DNA of 64,000 nt from Octopus bimaculoides. Its lineage: Eukaryota. How positions within the stretch are numbered: position 1 is the first letter of the stretch; each line of letters starts with the position of its first letter. The stretch lies in the NCBI RefSeq assembly GCF_001194135.2, contig NC_068992.1:27167278-27231277 (forward strand), read 5' to 3'. Below the pieces are notes generated by a model. The model was given only the letters and a program-made list of their open reading frames with translations, ran no database searches and was not told the origin of the DNA. Shown here piece by piece: positions 1-10,805 of this stretch. Position numbers and translations under genes: made by a program.

Positions 1-689
1 ACTGAATCCGTCTCACGGTGAGAAAATAAACAGATTTTCATTAAGTAATATCCTTTTCACTCCCATATCTTTTATTGCCATGTTGATACTACTGCTATAT
101 ACTAGACAAAAAAAGATTCCAATTCAATGCAATTTTACTCGCTTTTTCCTTTATCAGGTTTCCAATCTCAAAACTTGTTTTATGCAATATTCTTCAAACG
201 ACAGAAATCACTCTTGGTTATGAAACTCACAATCTATTTTTCGAAGGTAACACATGGTAAGTGATGTCTGTGCGACATGTGAGGATGATTCAGGTGTTGC
301 ATACACAAATGTTGAATAGTGGTTTGCTTTTATCTTTCAGAATAGATGTTTCAAAACGAGATTGGAGCAAACAGAAGTAAATTTATTTTGCGATTCAACT
401 GACAATAATGTTGCTTACATATTTTCTCTTTTCTGCTGAATTTCTTTGATCTTACTGACATGGATTTCTAGTACAGGGTTCCAAAGAGACAAAAGTTCAA
501 CCAGCCGAAGGAAGTTACTGTTGTGAGCATTTTCAATCAGATGAGAACTACCATAGAAATCCAACCAAAATTTAACCAAAAATAAAATAAAATCAGTTAA
601 ATCGTGTAAAATATTACTCCATTTAGCTTTTCTTTACTACAATTTTGTTTTTCTAGAAAATTCCATGCTCAATTTGTATGAATATGTTG

Positions 690-1390
690 GCTTTCTTGAG
701 TGGGAGTAGTTCTCTTCTTCACACATCGTCATTGCTATGTATCGTATGCCTGCAGCGCATTGATAACACTGCAACCAAAGTCTTCTCCGTTAAGCGGGAG
801 TTCTCCAACTGCCTTGCCACTCTTGTCCAACCAGCTCTTGATATTGCTCATCCACAGCGTTTTTTGCTTGCCTCTTGATCTACTACCCTCTCCCCTTCCT
901 TCCATGAAATGCTTCCCAAACCTTTGCTTCTTCGAACATGGCTATAATAGATGATCTTTTGTTGCTTCATAATGTTCAGGAGTTATCGTTTTTCACCTAC
1001 TTGTTGTCCGATGACCCTTGTAAAAGATTTATAGCATTCTCCAATACACTTACATTTCAAACTCATTGATTATGCTCTCTTCAAATTTGTTCAGAGTCCA
1101 TACTTCACAACTATAAATACCTATTGGTCATATGAGCACTCGCTCAAACTTTGTTTTTAACTTAGTTAGGTCACTTTTGCTGGTCCACATGTTATTAAGC
1201 TTTTCCCTGAGCGTTCTAGCCATGGCTAGCCGTGTCCTAATTTCTTTCTTACATGTAGCTTCATCAGAGATTTAGGCCCCTTTATAGATATTTCAATTTA
1301 TGTTGTTTATTACATATTCAGGTTCAGAAATTCCGTCACGATTTCTCTAATTTTCTGTTGTTGGCCATTATTTCTCCGTTGGTAAAGCTG
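690..1390 (-). mobile_element. Decayed RTE-clade LINE, 3' part (end of RT domain and C-terminus)
   Basis: Minus-strand translation with stops and frameshifts gives EIRTRLAMAR...NMWTSK...CEVWTLNK...INEFE and then FMEGRGEG.RSRGKQKTLWMSNIKSW. These match the RTE motifs YGCExWTL and EGxxEGxRxRGRxxxxWxDxIK. Confidence 0.75.
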
Positions 1391-1642
1391 ATGAATTAAA
1401 TCCACCTTTTCCAGAGAGTTAAAAGGATAAAAGCAGAATGGATTTATTCTTGATACTCTACAGCGATTATTGTGAGTCCTGTGTTTAAGGCAGATAAAAA
1501 TAATTGTTACTCATTGACATTAGGAAATGTTTTGGGCAACGAAATATATCCTTCCGCCCTCATTTTTCAATGCTTTCTGTACTTAACAATATTAAATTGA
1601 TGTTATCTCTCCTAACTTTATTTGAAGTTATTGTAAGTCATT

Positions 1643-1763
<121 letters not shown>

Positions 1764-1824
1764 CGCGCAACCAAAAGAGAGAAATAAATGAGTGTGTGTG
1801 TGTCTTGGTATATAATAAGGGTTT

Positions 1825-1935
1825 CAAATTTTGCCACTAGAACAGCTATTTTGGAGGAGAAATAAGTCGATTACATCGACTCCAAAAAGAATAAAAGGCA
1901 AAGTTGACCTCAGTGGAATTTGAACTCAGATGCAT
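1825..1935 (-). mobile_element. Partial SINE family C (Meta-domain type)
   Basis: Contains aaaggcaaagttgacctcagtggaatttgaactcaga, the reverse complement of the family C core seen at 51336-51560. Confidence 0.65.
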
Positions 1936-2119
1936 TATTTGTGAGTCACAGATCCCTCGTAGGCCCCTCGCCGCTGCTGCATCTTTTTCAATAGCTACAG
2001 AGCCTTGTAATCTTGAATTAATTAATCTAATATTGCCCAATCTCGCTCGATGTGGTAAGAAAAAAAGCAAGAAAGGATGATTCAAAGGATATTCTAATAT
2101 TGTTTAAGGTTCAAGGTGG

Positions 2120-2285
2120 TTTTTGTTCGGGGTCACCTACAGTGCACTCAGCACCACAGGGTCTGCCTGTCTTATATCGATGTTGTCAGCCATGTCCGCT
2201 CTCATGAGAAACAATGTTCTGGGGGCGAAGGAGGATGAATGTCTTGGATCGATACTGTCAAAGACTTTGATGTTCCGTCATAAGC
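2120..2285 (+). mobile_element. Possible RTE LINE 3'-terminal remnant (zinc-finger-like end)
   Basis: Frame reading HLQCTQHHRVCLSYIDVVSHVRSHEKQC resembles the RTE C-terminal CxxCxRxCxSRIGLxSHxRxH motif. The match is short and weak. Confidence 0.3.
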
Positions 2286-3199
2286 AAGTAAACTAAGCAC
2301 TCGAAAATTTATTTATTGATTTCTAACATAGGAAAAAAACCTTAAATCTTGAACAGGAGTAAAGTCGAAATTTTCATTTCAGTGCCAAACTAATTTTATT
2401 GAGTGCAGAATAATGAAAATTAAAGTCGATATTAGCGAGATTTTTCTTCTCTGAACGTGAAGACGTGTGAATAAATACGCAAAGCGATCAGTCCAACGCT
2501 CTAGTGGTTATTTGAATCCACCGCACTTCTAATAGTTAATTATTTAATCAAATATGACGCTAAGTGGTTGGAGATCATGTCAGACAAAATATTGCTTTGA
2601 ATAATATACACTTTTTTTTTTAAATTTAAGTTGATATTTTCAATTTAATATCACAATATCACTGACACAAAAGTTTTTACTTTATAGTAACAAGAATGCT
2701 TTTACCAGCCATAATCGCAGCTTTTGTTTTGGAAATATGTGGAATAATGTATGTTAAAATGTGTGAAACTATCATTTAGAGCATATAACCAAAAGAGATA
2801 GGAAATATAGAGATAAATACACTTTATAACTCCTTTTCAATGTTTATATCCAGAGGCTAGGTTTTCGCAATTACAATTCTGTCTTCGTGTATTACATTCC
2901 CAGCATGATTTGAAATTAATTTATGACTCTACTTTATCCCCCAGGATTAGATACCATAAGATCACTAGTTGTTATGCATAACAATTTATTGTCCTAATTT
3001 AATTTCCTCCATTTTTCAAATATTTCTCAGAGAGAGGTTAAGTGTTTTAAAACATACTGCCGAAAGATAATGGTTTCAAGCTAGAACACTCCGTGAAGCC
3101 TCTTACAAGAAATTAAAGTTATCTTTAAAAATTTCATTACATATACACAGCATAAATTATATGAATATATAATCATGTAAATATGTGTGCTTATGTGTG

Positions 3200-3281
3200 T
3201 AAAGAGAGAGAGTCGAGATATATAGATAGATAGAGAGAGAGATAGAGAGAGAGAGATAGGTAAGTAGAAAGATAGATAGAT

Positions 3282-3314
<33 letters not shown>

Positions 3315-3339
3315 GAGAGACAGACAGAGAGAGAGAGAC

Positions 3340-3378
<39 letters not shown>
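3200..3378. repeat. Compound (GATA)/(GACA)/(GA)n microsatellite
   Basis: Direct reading. Confidence 0.95.
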
Positions 3379-3380
<2 letters not shown>

Positions 3381-4621
3381 TTTCTTTATTAGCCACACAG
3401 GGCTCAACATAGAGGGGACAAAATACAAATGTAGAGTTTTTCTTTTCGAGGGGGGCGAAAACAAAGCAGAAAAAAAAACAAAAGTGGGGACAACGATGAA
3501 AAAAAATACAACGCAAAACGTTTGGGGTATTTACACAAAATACGAAATAATACAGAAAATTCCCAATAAATGGGGAGGTTATCCGTGGAAAGAAAAACCT
3601 ACGANNNNNNNNNNNNNNNNNNNNNNNNNNNNNNNNNNNNNNNNNNNNNNNNNNNNNNNNNNNNNNNNNNNNNNNNNNNNNNNNNNNNNNNNNNNNNNNN
3701 NNNNNNNNNNNNNNNNNNNNNNNNNNNNNNNNNNNNNNNNNNNNNNNNNNNNNNNNNNNNNNNNNNNNNNNNNNNNNNNNNNNNNNNNNNNNNNNNNNNN
3801 NNNNNNNNNNNNNNNNNNNNNNNNNNNNNNNNNNNNNNNNNNNNNNNNNNNNNNNNNNNNNNNNNNNNNNNNNNNNNNNNNNNNNNNNNNNNNNNNNNNN
3901 NNNNNNNNNNNNNNNNNNNNNNNNNNNNNNNNNNNNNNNNNNNNNNNNNNNNNNNNNNNNNNNNNNNNNNNNNNNNNNNNNNNNNNNNNNNNNNNNNNNN
4001 NNNNNNNNNNNNNNNNNNNNNNNNNNNNNNNNNNNNNNNNNNNNNNNNNNNNNNNNNNNNNNNNNNNNNNNNNNNNNNNNNNNNNNNNNNNNNNNNNNNN
4101 NNNNNNNNNNNNNNNNNNNNNNNNNNNNNNNNNNNNNNNNNNNNNNNNNNNNNNNNNNNNNNNNNNNNNNNNNNNNNNNNNNNNNNNNNNNNNNNNNNNN
4201 NNNNNNNNNNNNNNNNNNNNNNNNNNNNNNNNNNNNNNNNNNNNNNNNNNNNNNNNNNNNNNNNNNNNNNNNNNNNNNNNNNNNNNNNNNNNNNNNNNNN
4301 NNNNNNNNNNNNNNNNNNNNNNNNNNNNNNNNNNNNNNNNNNNNNNNNNNNNNNNNNNNNNNNNNNNNNNNNNNNNNNNNNNNNNNNNNNNNNNNNNNNN
4401 NNNNNNNNNNNNNNNNNNNNNNNNNNNNNNNNNNNNNNNNNNNNNNNNNNNNNNNNNNNNNNNNNNNNNNNNNNNNNNNNNNNNNNNNNNNNNNNNNNNN
4501 NNNNNNNNNNNNNNNNNNNNNNNGGTCATGGAGACGAGCTGCGGGAAAGCGCGTCGCACAAACGGCGACCACACCTGCTCACCGTCGTCTACGTAGAGCC
4601 GGAGATGTCGCAGTCTCAGCG

Positions 4622-4692
<71 letters not shown>

Positions 4693-4701
4693 AAGGTAAG
4701 T

Positions 4702-4765
<64 letters not shown>
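4622..4765. repeat. (GATA)n microsatellite
   Basis: Direct reading. Confidence 0.97.
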
Positions 4766-4768
<3 letters not shown>

Positions 4769-6422
4769 CTTGTTAGTACATACAGATAAATATACATAAA
4801 TACAATTATTTATGTACGCTGACACATATAGAAGTGCTTTTAACACGTACGTTTATAATTGCATATATGTCACAAGGTTTTTTATTGTAGATCTATACCT
4901 TTACACATCTACATTTCTGCATATTTGCCTTTATTTTTGCATATTTGTTTATTAATTTGTTTGCCGTGTATCTGCCTGATTATTCATGTTACTGTATGAA
5001 TGTTTGCACTTGTCACTATCCTGCCAAGCGTAACTCATAAACATTTTAAACCTGTTTTTTTTTTTTTTCTCTTTTGTTTTTAGGTTGGCTTTTTTTTTTT
5101 TGCTTCTTTTGTACTTTTTTACTGGTTAAACATAATCCATCATTTGAAAAACAACTTCATGAAATTTTAGAAATTGATATAACAAAAATATATAAGCAAA
5201 CGATACCTCCATCCCTAACTCCACTCCACCTCCCCCACTGAATAATTCATGCAGCAAAATATTTATATGTTCGCACGCGCGCGCGCGCGCGTGTGTGAGT
5301 GTGAATGTGTGTGAATATGTGCGTATGTGTGTGTGCGCGTGCGTACATATGTATCCTACTCAGTACACATGGTGGCCTTCATTTTACGAAAAGGAAGAAA
5401 ATAACCAGCACATTTCGTTACATACAAACGTTATTATACGGTTTAAATTACAATTCCTTCAGTCCTAACACGTTTTACTTTACCGAGATCTACTCACAAT
5501 TCCCTGACAATGACAGAATACTCTGTCAAAAATTCAGAAGGCGTAAACTTAAATGACATGTAAGATTATTAATTCATTTATTTTTTATATTCATTTCTTT
5601 TTCATTTTCTCCGTTCTAGGATCATTATTGAATATTAAAGAACCAATATATGGAAGAAACGGAAGAAGTTTCTGCAGTGATTTAATTAGAAAAGGAAATG
5701 TAAATAAATAAAGATAGACAGAAATACATCTGCCTTCATATGTATGTACTGTTAAGTAGATTTAGTTGACATATCTCACTTACAAAAGTTTACTTTATGT
5801 TTTGGCGAATAGAGAAAAAAAAAACATGACGTCTAGATGTAGTCAAAGGAAAACAGCAGCGAAAGAATAACATATGCGAGGTGATAGAATGTAAGACAAA
5901 TGAATCCAAAGAGTCAGTCTTCGGTACGATGGTAGTAAATTTATTAAAAGGCTTCGGGTTTTCAGAATCTTTTGTGAGCGCAACCCCTTTCTCCAAACTA
6001 AACAGTAAAATCACCGATAATCTGTCAACTAAGGTTTTATTAGTCCCTCTATTGGAGATTATTTCATTATGAGCATAACATTAAACTGCATCTAGTAGGG
6101 AGGCTCCAATTAGGGAATGTGGATTCACCCTCTAATAACCATTAGTCCCAGGTCCGTTCTGATCTGGAACACTAATATCTGTCAGGATCCTAACTATGGG
6201 TTAAATATACTTCCCAGGCGTAGAGGAGACTCCTATTATTTCTGAAAAAAGCCGTGGGAAATTAAGCTCTTCTAAGAGAAATATACTCTGACATAAAACT
6301 TGCAATCAAAACAGTACCAGTCATTCAGTTCTATATTTAAGACATGAGGAATTATGTATATTATTTACATTATTTACATTACTTACGTTTAACGGATATT
6401 TGTCCTCATCTTGTTTGTTGTT

Positions 6423-6468
6423 AACACAACGTTTCGGCTGATATACCCCCCAGCCTTCATCAGGTGTC
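6423..6468 (-). ncRNA. Minimal type I hammerhead ribozyme, intact (copy A)
   Basis: Minus strand reads GACAC-CTGATGA-A-GGCTG-(GGGGGTATAT)-CAGCC-GAAA-CGTT-GTGTT. It has the core CUGAUGA/GAAA/UH, a 5 bp stem II, stem I GACAC:GUGUU and a palindromic ACGU stem III. Confidence 0.85.
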
Positions 6469-6515
6469 TTGGGGGAAATTTCGAACCTGGGTTCTCATTC
6501 CTAAGGTATTTTCGC

Positions 6516-6551
<36 letters not shown>

Positions 6552-6581
6552 TATTATTATTATCATTATTCAGGTCACTGC

Positions 6582-6645
6582 CTGGAATCGAAATCGGAAT
6601 CATAGGGTTAGTAGCCCGTGCTCTTAACCACTACGCCAAATGCCC
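6582..6645 (-). promoter_or_regulatory. tRNA-like Pol III internal promoter in the left arm
   Basis: A box TGGCGTAGTGG (reverse complement of 6628-6638); B box TTTCGATTCC with one mismatch (reverse complement of 6584-6593). Confidence 0.7.
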
Positions 6646-6651
6646 GTAGGC

Positions 6652-7206
6652 ACCGGATGCAGTGCCCGGCAATGGCTCTCATGGCTTCACATCTTAACTG
6701 ATTGGAAGTGTTATCATGTACATTGTTTTGTCTTGGTATAAAAAGATGGGCTACAGCAAATATTCTGCTCAATACCACAGATTTGCTTGTCAGTTGCTTG
6801 ACCTTAACCAGTTGAGCATGTCCCTTGGTGACTGATGATATGTGCATCTCTCATCAGGAGCAGGAGTAGTGGGAGAGCATCATAGCCATGTGCTGAGAGG
6901 AATTCTTTGGTGTTTGAATAATTCACCTTTGTAAACATGGGTGTTTTGCTCAACATTCTTAAACAGCCCTTTATTCAGGGACCTTTTGAGCGGGATGGGC
7001 TACTCGACCTGATGAAAATTCTAACTGGGCTCCACCTGCGAGGTCATGCGCTGTTTATCTTGATATGAGATCACCATGTCGTGCACATGTGGTTGTGATG
7101 CATGTGCCTGGTGTACCCTTATCAGACGGGTAGTCATGATGGGTGTACTGGGCTTCGTATATTTTTCCCCAGTGTCACTTTGATGGCATGCACTGCTCTC
7201 TCGCTC
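6652..7206 (+). mobile_element. Interspersed 555 bp non-coding repeat ending in (AAT)n; family unassigned
   Basis: A second copy lies in reverse orientation at 50679-51112. Both copies abut TAA-type microsatellites. Confidence 0.8.
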
Positions 7207-7238
<32 letters not shown>

Positions 7239-7329
7239 TAATAATAATAATAACAATATTAATAATAATAATAATGACAACATCGAAAAATACCTAAGGG
7301 ATGAGAACCCAGATTCGAAATTTCCCCAA

Positions 7330-7375
7330 GACACCTGATGAAGGCTGTGGGGTATATCAGCCGAAACGTTGTGTC
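7330..7375 (+). ncRNA. Minimal type I hammerhead ribozyme, intact (copy B)
   Basis: GACAC(7330-34)-CTGATGA(7335-41)-A-GGCTG-(TGGGGTATAT)-CAGCC-GAAA(7363-66)-CGTT-GTGTC(7371-75). Stems I and II are perfect; predicted cleavage is after 7370. Confidence 0.87.
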
Positions 7376-7939
7376 AACAACAAACAAGATGAGGACAAAT
7401 ATCCGTTAAATGTAAATAATCTAAATAATGTATATAAGAGTACCAGTCATCTTGCAATGCTTGTCACTGGATCCTACTATGACAACTGAGAGAGTGGCAA
7501 AAGTGTTGTGAAAGTTTTTGTCATTTAAATCCAATGGTGTACGGATGTCTCACTATCCATTTCATCCCTTGAAAATGTGTCAAGGCCAACAGGAAACGGT
7601 GTTTCCTAGGGCTAAATAGCAGTAGCATTTTTTCCCTTTCATGAGACTGTCACTTTAAGTTGACAACACACCATCACTTTATTGTGCTGCTACTGTTTAA
7701 ATCTCTCTGAGATATTTAGAAATGTATTATTTCTATCCCATGGTTTGTTTTGTATTTTATAAAGTTCTGTGGAAATTGATGCGTGGAGAGGCAGCGCCAC
7801 ATGATTGCCTTTGTCACTGACAAGCGAGAAAAGTTATATTTGCGCACATGCTAGGATGAAAATAAAACGGAACGATGGGATCTAATGGGAAACTGGTATC
7901 GTGTGACAAGATGAGGCAATCATATTCTCCGTTTTTTTT

Positions 7940-9180
7940 CTCTGTCCTTGTTTTCGTATACATTCGCTGCTTTCTTCCAAGGAATCTAATGCTCTTAGCT
8001 TGGTTTTTCCTGGCTAGATTGGAGCAATCTCGAGTATAACCAGCTGAAATTCTGGGCTAGTGGAGTACATTAACTGGTAATATGCTATACGATTTCACCA
8101 TTTGGTTCACAAATTCTGCACTTATAACTTTCTGTTGTGTTGTCTATTCTGCATTTGATTTAATTCGTTCTTAATGCTTGTCCTTGGGTAGCACAGATTA
8201 GAACCTCTGTTTCCGGTTTTAAATCACCTTTAGTCATCCATAGCCATCTGTTTTCTCTGCCTGTCTTATCTTCAACATCCCTATGAAATTGACCATTCTT
8301 TTTTCTTTATCCACTTCAAGTATTTGTACAGTGCTTTATCTTTACTTACAATCTTCCATCCTACACAAGCCTTACCTTCTTACTTCCAATAATAGTGGTT
8401 CTGTAGCATTTTTTACATACCATGCTATGTTGTTTTCTTCTGCTCTAATGCTGTATTCGCATCCAATCAGTCCTCTTCCCATCTTTTTCTTGCTACATAC
8501 AATCTGTCTGTGTCACTTTTTGGGTGGAGCATCCCATACCTAGTCAGCAAATTCCTTGTCTTTCTTTCTAAGCTATTTAGTTCGTCTGCTGTCCATGCGA
8601 TTGCCCTTGCTCCATATCTAAGGAGTGAAACCACTCAGGTGTTGATAGCCTCCATCTTATTCCGTCCGTTTAATTTCGACTTAAGTAGCTGTCTCAGTTT
8701 GCGCAAGTATTCCACTTTAAATTTTTCCGTCATTTCTTGTTCCATCAATTTATCCATTTATCCAATATCCCCAAGTACTTATAGCCCGCCTCTTCTATCT
8801 GCTTCATAACCTCTCCCAACGGTATCTCTTGTCCGTCCATATATTTAATTTTTGCCTCTCTTCAAGACTAACACTCCACACTTTTTCAGTCCGAACTCCA
8901 TTCTGATATCAGCACTGAAAGTATACACCGTATCAACGAGGGAACAGACTTGGGATTCATCTTTACCATAAGGTTTGAGGTCATCCTTGAATAACAAGTG
9001 GTTCACATTTTGTTGGCGACTTTTGAATACATACCTAGCTTTTGCTTTCCTCAGAATCAGTGTTAGTAGTATCATGCACAGTACAAAGATCAGTGGAGGA
9101 CGGCAATCCCCTTGGAAGATGCCTCTCCTGATCACTATTGTCCTTCTTCCATATGCTGTCAGTTCCGTCCTCCACTACCT
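7940..9180 (-). mobile_element. Decayed Dong/R4-clade non-LTR retrotransposon (RT plus CCHC finger)
   Basis: ORF 8845-9135 gives IRRGIFQGD...NHLLFKDDLK...MEFGLKKC. It is followed by YKYLGI, KSKLNGRN..EAINT, HPKSDTDRLY and CRICEP...HITS.C, all typical of R4/Dong ORFs. Stops and frameshifts are present. Confidence 0.8.
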
Positions 9181-9219
9181 TTTTCAAGCAATCGCTCAAC
9201 ATTCGATGCAATACCAAAT

Positions 9220-9700
9220 TGGAATCGAACTCGGAATCTTGGGGTTTGTAGCCCGCGCTCTTAACCACTACGCCATATGCCCGTGGGCAATTATGGAGTG
9301 AATTTTTAAGGCTTATAAATTTAATCCCTTTCTATCCTTCCTTATTACTGGTTCCCATATGCTATTAATATCTGCACTCGGTCTGCTTAGGAGGTCGTTG
9401 TGTCCTAGTATATGTGCTGCTGCTTTTAGTTTCGTATTTTCCAGTGGTGTTCTCTGTCTATTATTTTAACTTCATCACACAGAGGGAGGTGGTCTCCATT
9501 TTTCCATACATGATCAGCTATACCTGATTTATAAATATCTCCTCGTATCATAGCTTTGCGATGTTCGTTTACCCTTATTTTGAGGGGGTGACATGTTTCA
9601 CCTTTGTATAACCTACCACAGCTGCATAGGATGGAGTACACGCAGTCTTTGGTCATATTCACTTCTATTGGTGGTTTTACTCAAAGGAGATATTTGCGAA
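9220..9700 (-). mobile_element. Penelope-like element 3' fragment: GIY-YIG endonuclease followed by a tRNA-like segment
   Basis: ORF 9426-9662 reads CVYSILCSCGRLYKGET...R.NEH...KSGIADHVW...H...DEVKIIDREHHWKIR, a GIY-YIG EN of Penelope/Poseidon type. It is followed by a perfect A box (9265-9275) and B box (9221-9230). Confidence 0.85.
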
Positions 9701-9817
9701 GTTTCCCCAAGACACCTGAAGAAGGCCGGAGAGTATATCAACCGAAACGTTGTGTTAACAACAAGATGAGGACAAATATCTGTCGAATGTAAACAATATA
9801 AATAATGTAAATAATGT
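9697..9817 (+). mobile_element. Inverted short arm with degenerate hammerhead (copy C, 9711-9756)
   Basis: GACAC-CTGAAGA-A-GGCCG..CAACC-GAAACGTT-GTGTT. The core is intact but stem II has two mismatches; the AATGTAAAT tail follows. Confidence 0.75.
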
Positions 9818-10697
9818 GATGTTTTTTGTTTTGATGCATTTCAGAATTTCATTCACATTTTTCATTTCCTGGTTCAATTTCCACCGATCAAATAATGTCG
9901 CTATCGTTCTCCTATAGCCTTGTCTTTATTCTATCGTAGATTGCCTTTTGTCCATCAGTCATGCCACCATCAGTTTTATTGCCTTCTTCCAAACCATCTA
10001 TATTTCTCTCATCGAGCAAGCTATCACTGTTCCTTTCCTGTGGTTTATTATGATTTCACCTCTGTTTACTGCTTTGAGAGTACGTTTATCAGTAGGAACT
10101 GTATGTTAATCGTTTCCTCTGCTACTGTTTTCCAATGTCCGTCTCTTGATAGCTTCGATCTCTACCTATTAATATTATTATTATAATTATCATTATTATC
10201 ATCATTTTATTATTTAATGAACAATTAATGTCTACAAATTAATTAGACAATTATTACAATCTTGAAACTGCTCTACTTCTTTGCTATATGTATTTCATAG
10301 TAAATACATTAATATAACTACATTGATACTTCAAAGCAATATGTTTCTGCTAGAAATTATTCCAGAGAAGTAATATTATACGTAGAAAGTAGAAGGAACA
10401 CATGTCATAACCATTTACCATCATTTTCACCTCTACCACCATCACCTGTACCATCACCACCACAATCATTACTATCATCATGATTATCAATATCAACATC
10501 ATAATTTTTTCTCCTAATACGCATCGCCATTTTCCTCATTATCATTACAATCAGTCTTCTATTTTAATTTGGTTTCTAAATCCTATACTGACAGAGCTTC
10601 GTTTTTAAATATGGCGGCCAATAATTGCTTTAATGTTCCACTTTACTCTTTCCTGTCATGGAAGGTACTTGAGTGAGATTACTAAAAGGAAGAAAGC

Positions 10698-10704
<7 letters not shown>

Positions 10705-10761
<57 letters not shown>

Positions 10762-10805
10762 AAGAAAGAAAGAAAGAAAGAGAGAAAGAAAGAAAGAAAG
10801 AAAGA
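10705..10805. repeat. (GA)n/(GAAA)n microsatellite
   Basis: Direct reading. Confidence 0.95.

Larger units (their letters stand above)
6325..7438. mobile_element. Composite non-autonomous Penelope-type insertion: inverted hammerhead-bearing arms (6325-6652 minus; about 7207-7438 plus) enclosing a nested 555 bp repeat
   Basis: Flanked by a perfect 12 bp direct repeat AGTACCAGTCAT (6313-6324 and 7439-7450). The arms are reverse complements of each other over about 170 bp plus (AAT)n. Confidence 0.85.

Noticed and set aside
158-258. Possible exon (acceptor ..ctttatcag at 157; donor-like GTAAGT at 259), plus a nearby THAP-like YCCEHF string at about 515-535
   Set aside because: Two frames are open but neither resembles a family I recognise, and there are no supporting neighbouring exons. 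The THAP resemblance needs frameshifts. RNA-seq would decide.
5276-5291. (CG)8 run with Z-DNA potential
   Set aside because: It is part of an ordinary GT/CG microsatellite, with no functional context.
6652-6760. HDV-like ribozyme at the end of the 555 bp repeat (expected for some R2/R4 elements)
   Set aside because: Manual folding in both orientations failed to give P1.1 and the J4/2 catalytic C.
7008-7030. CTGATGA in the 555 bp repeat (also at 36107, 41991 and 46989) as additional hammerheads
   Set aside because: No stem II followed by GAAA, and no matching stem I or UH site.
9220-9282. tRNA-like segments as genuine tRNA genes
   Set aside because: The acceptor and anticodon stems do not pair well, the anticodon varies between copies, and all copies are embedded in repeats.
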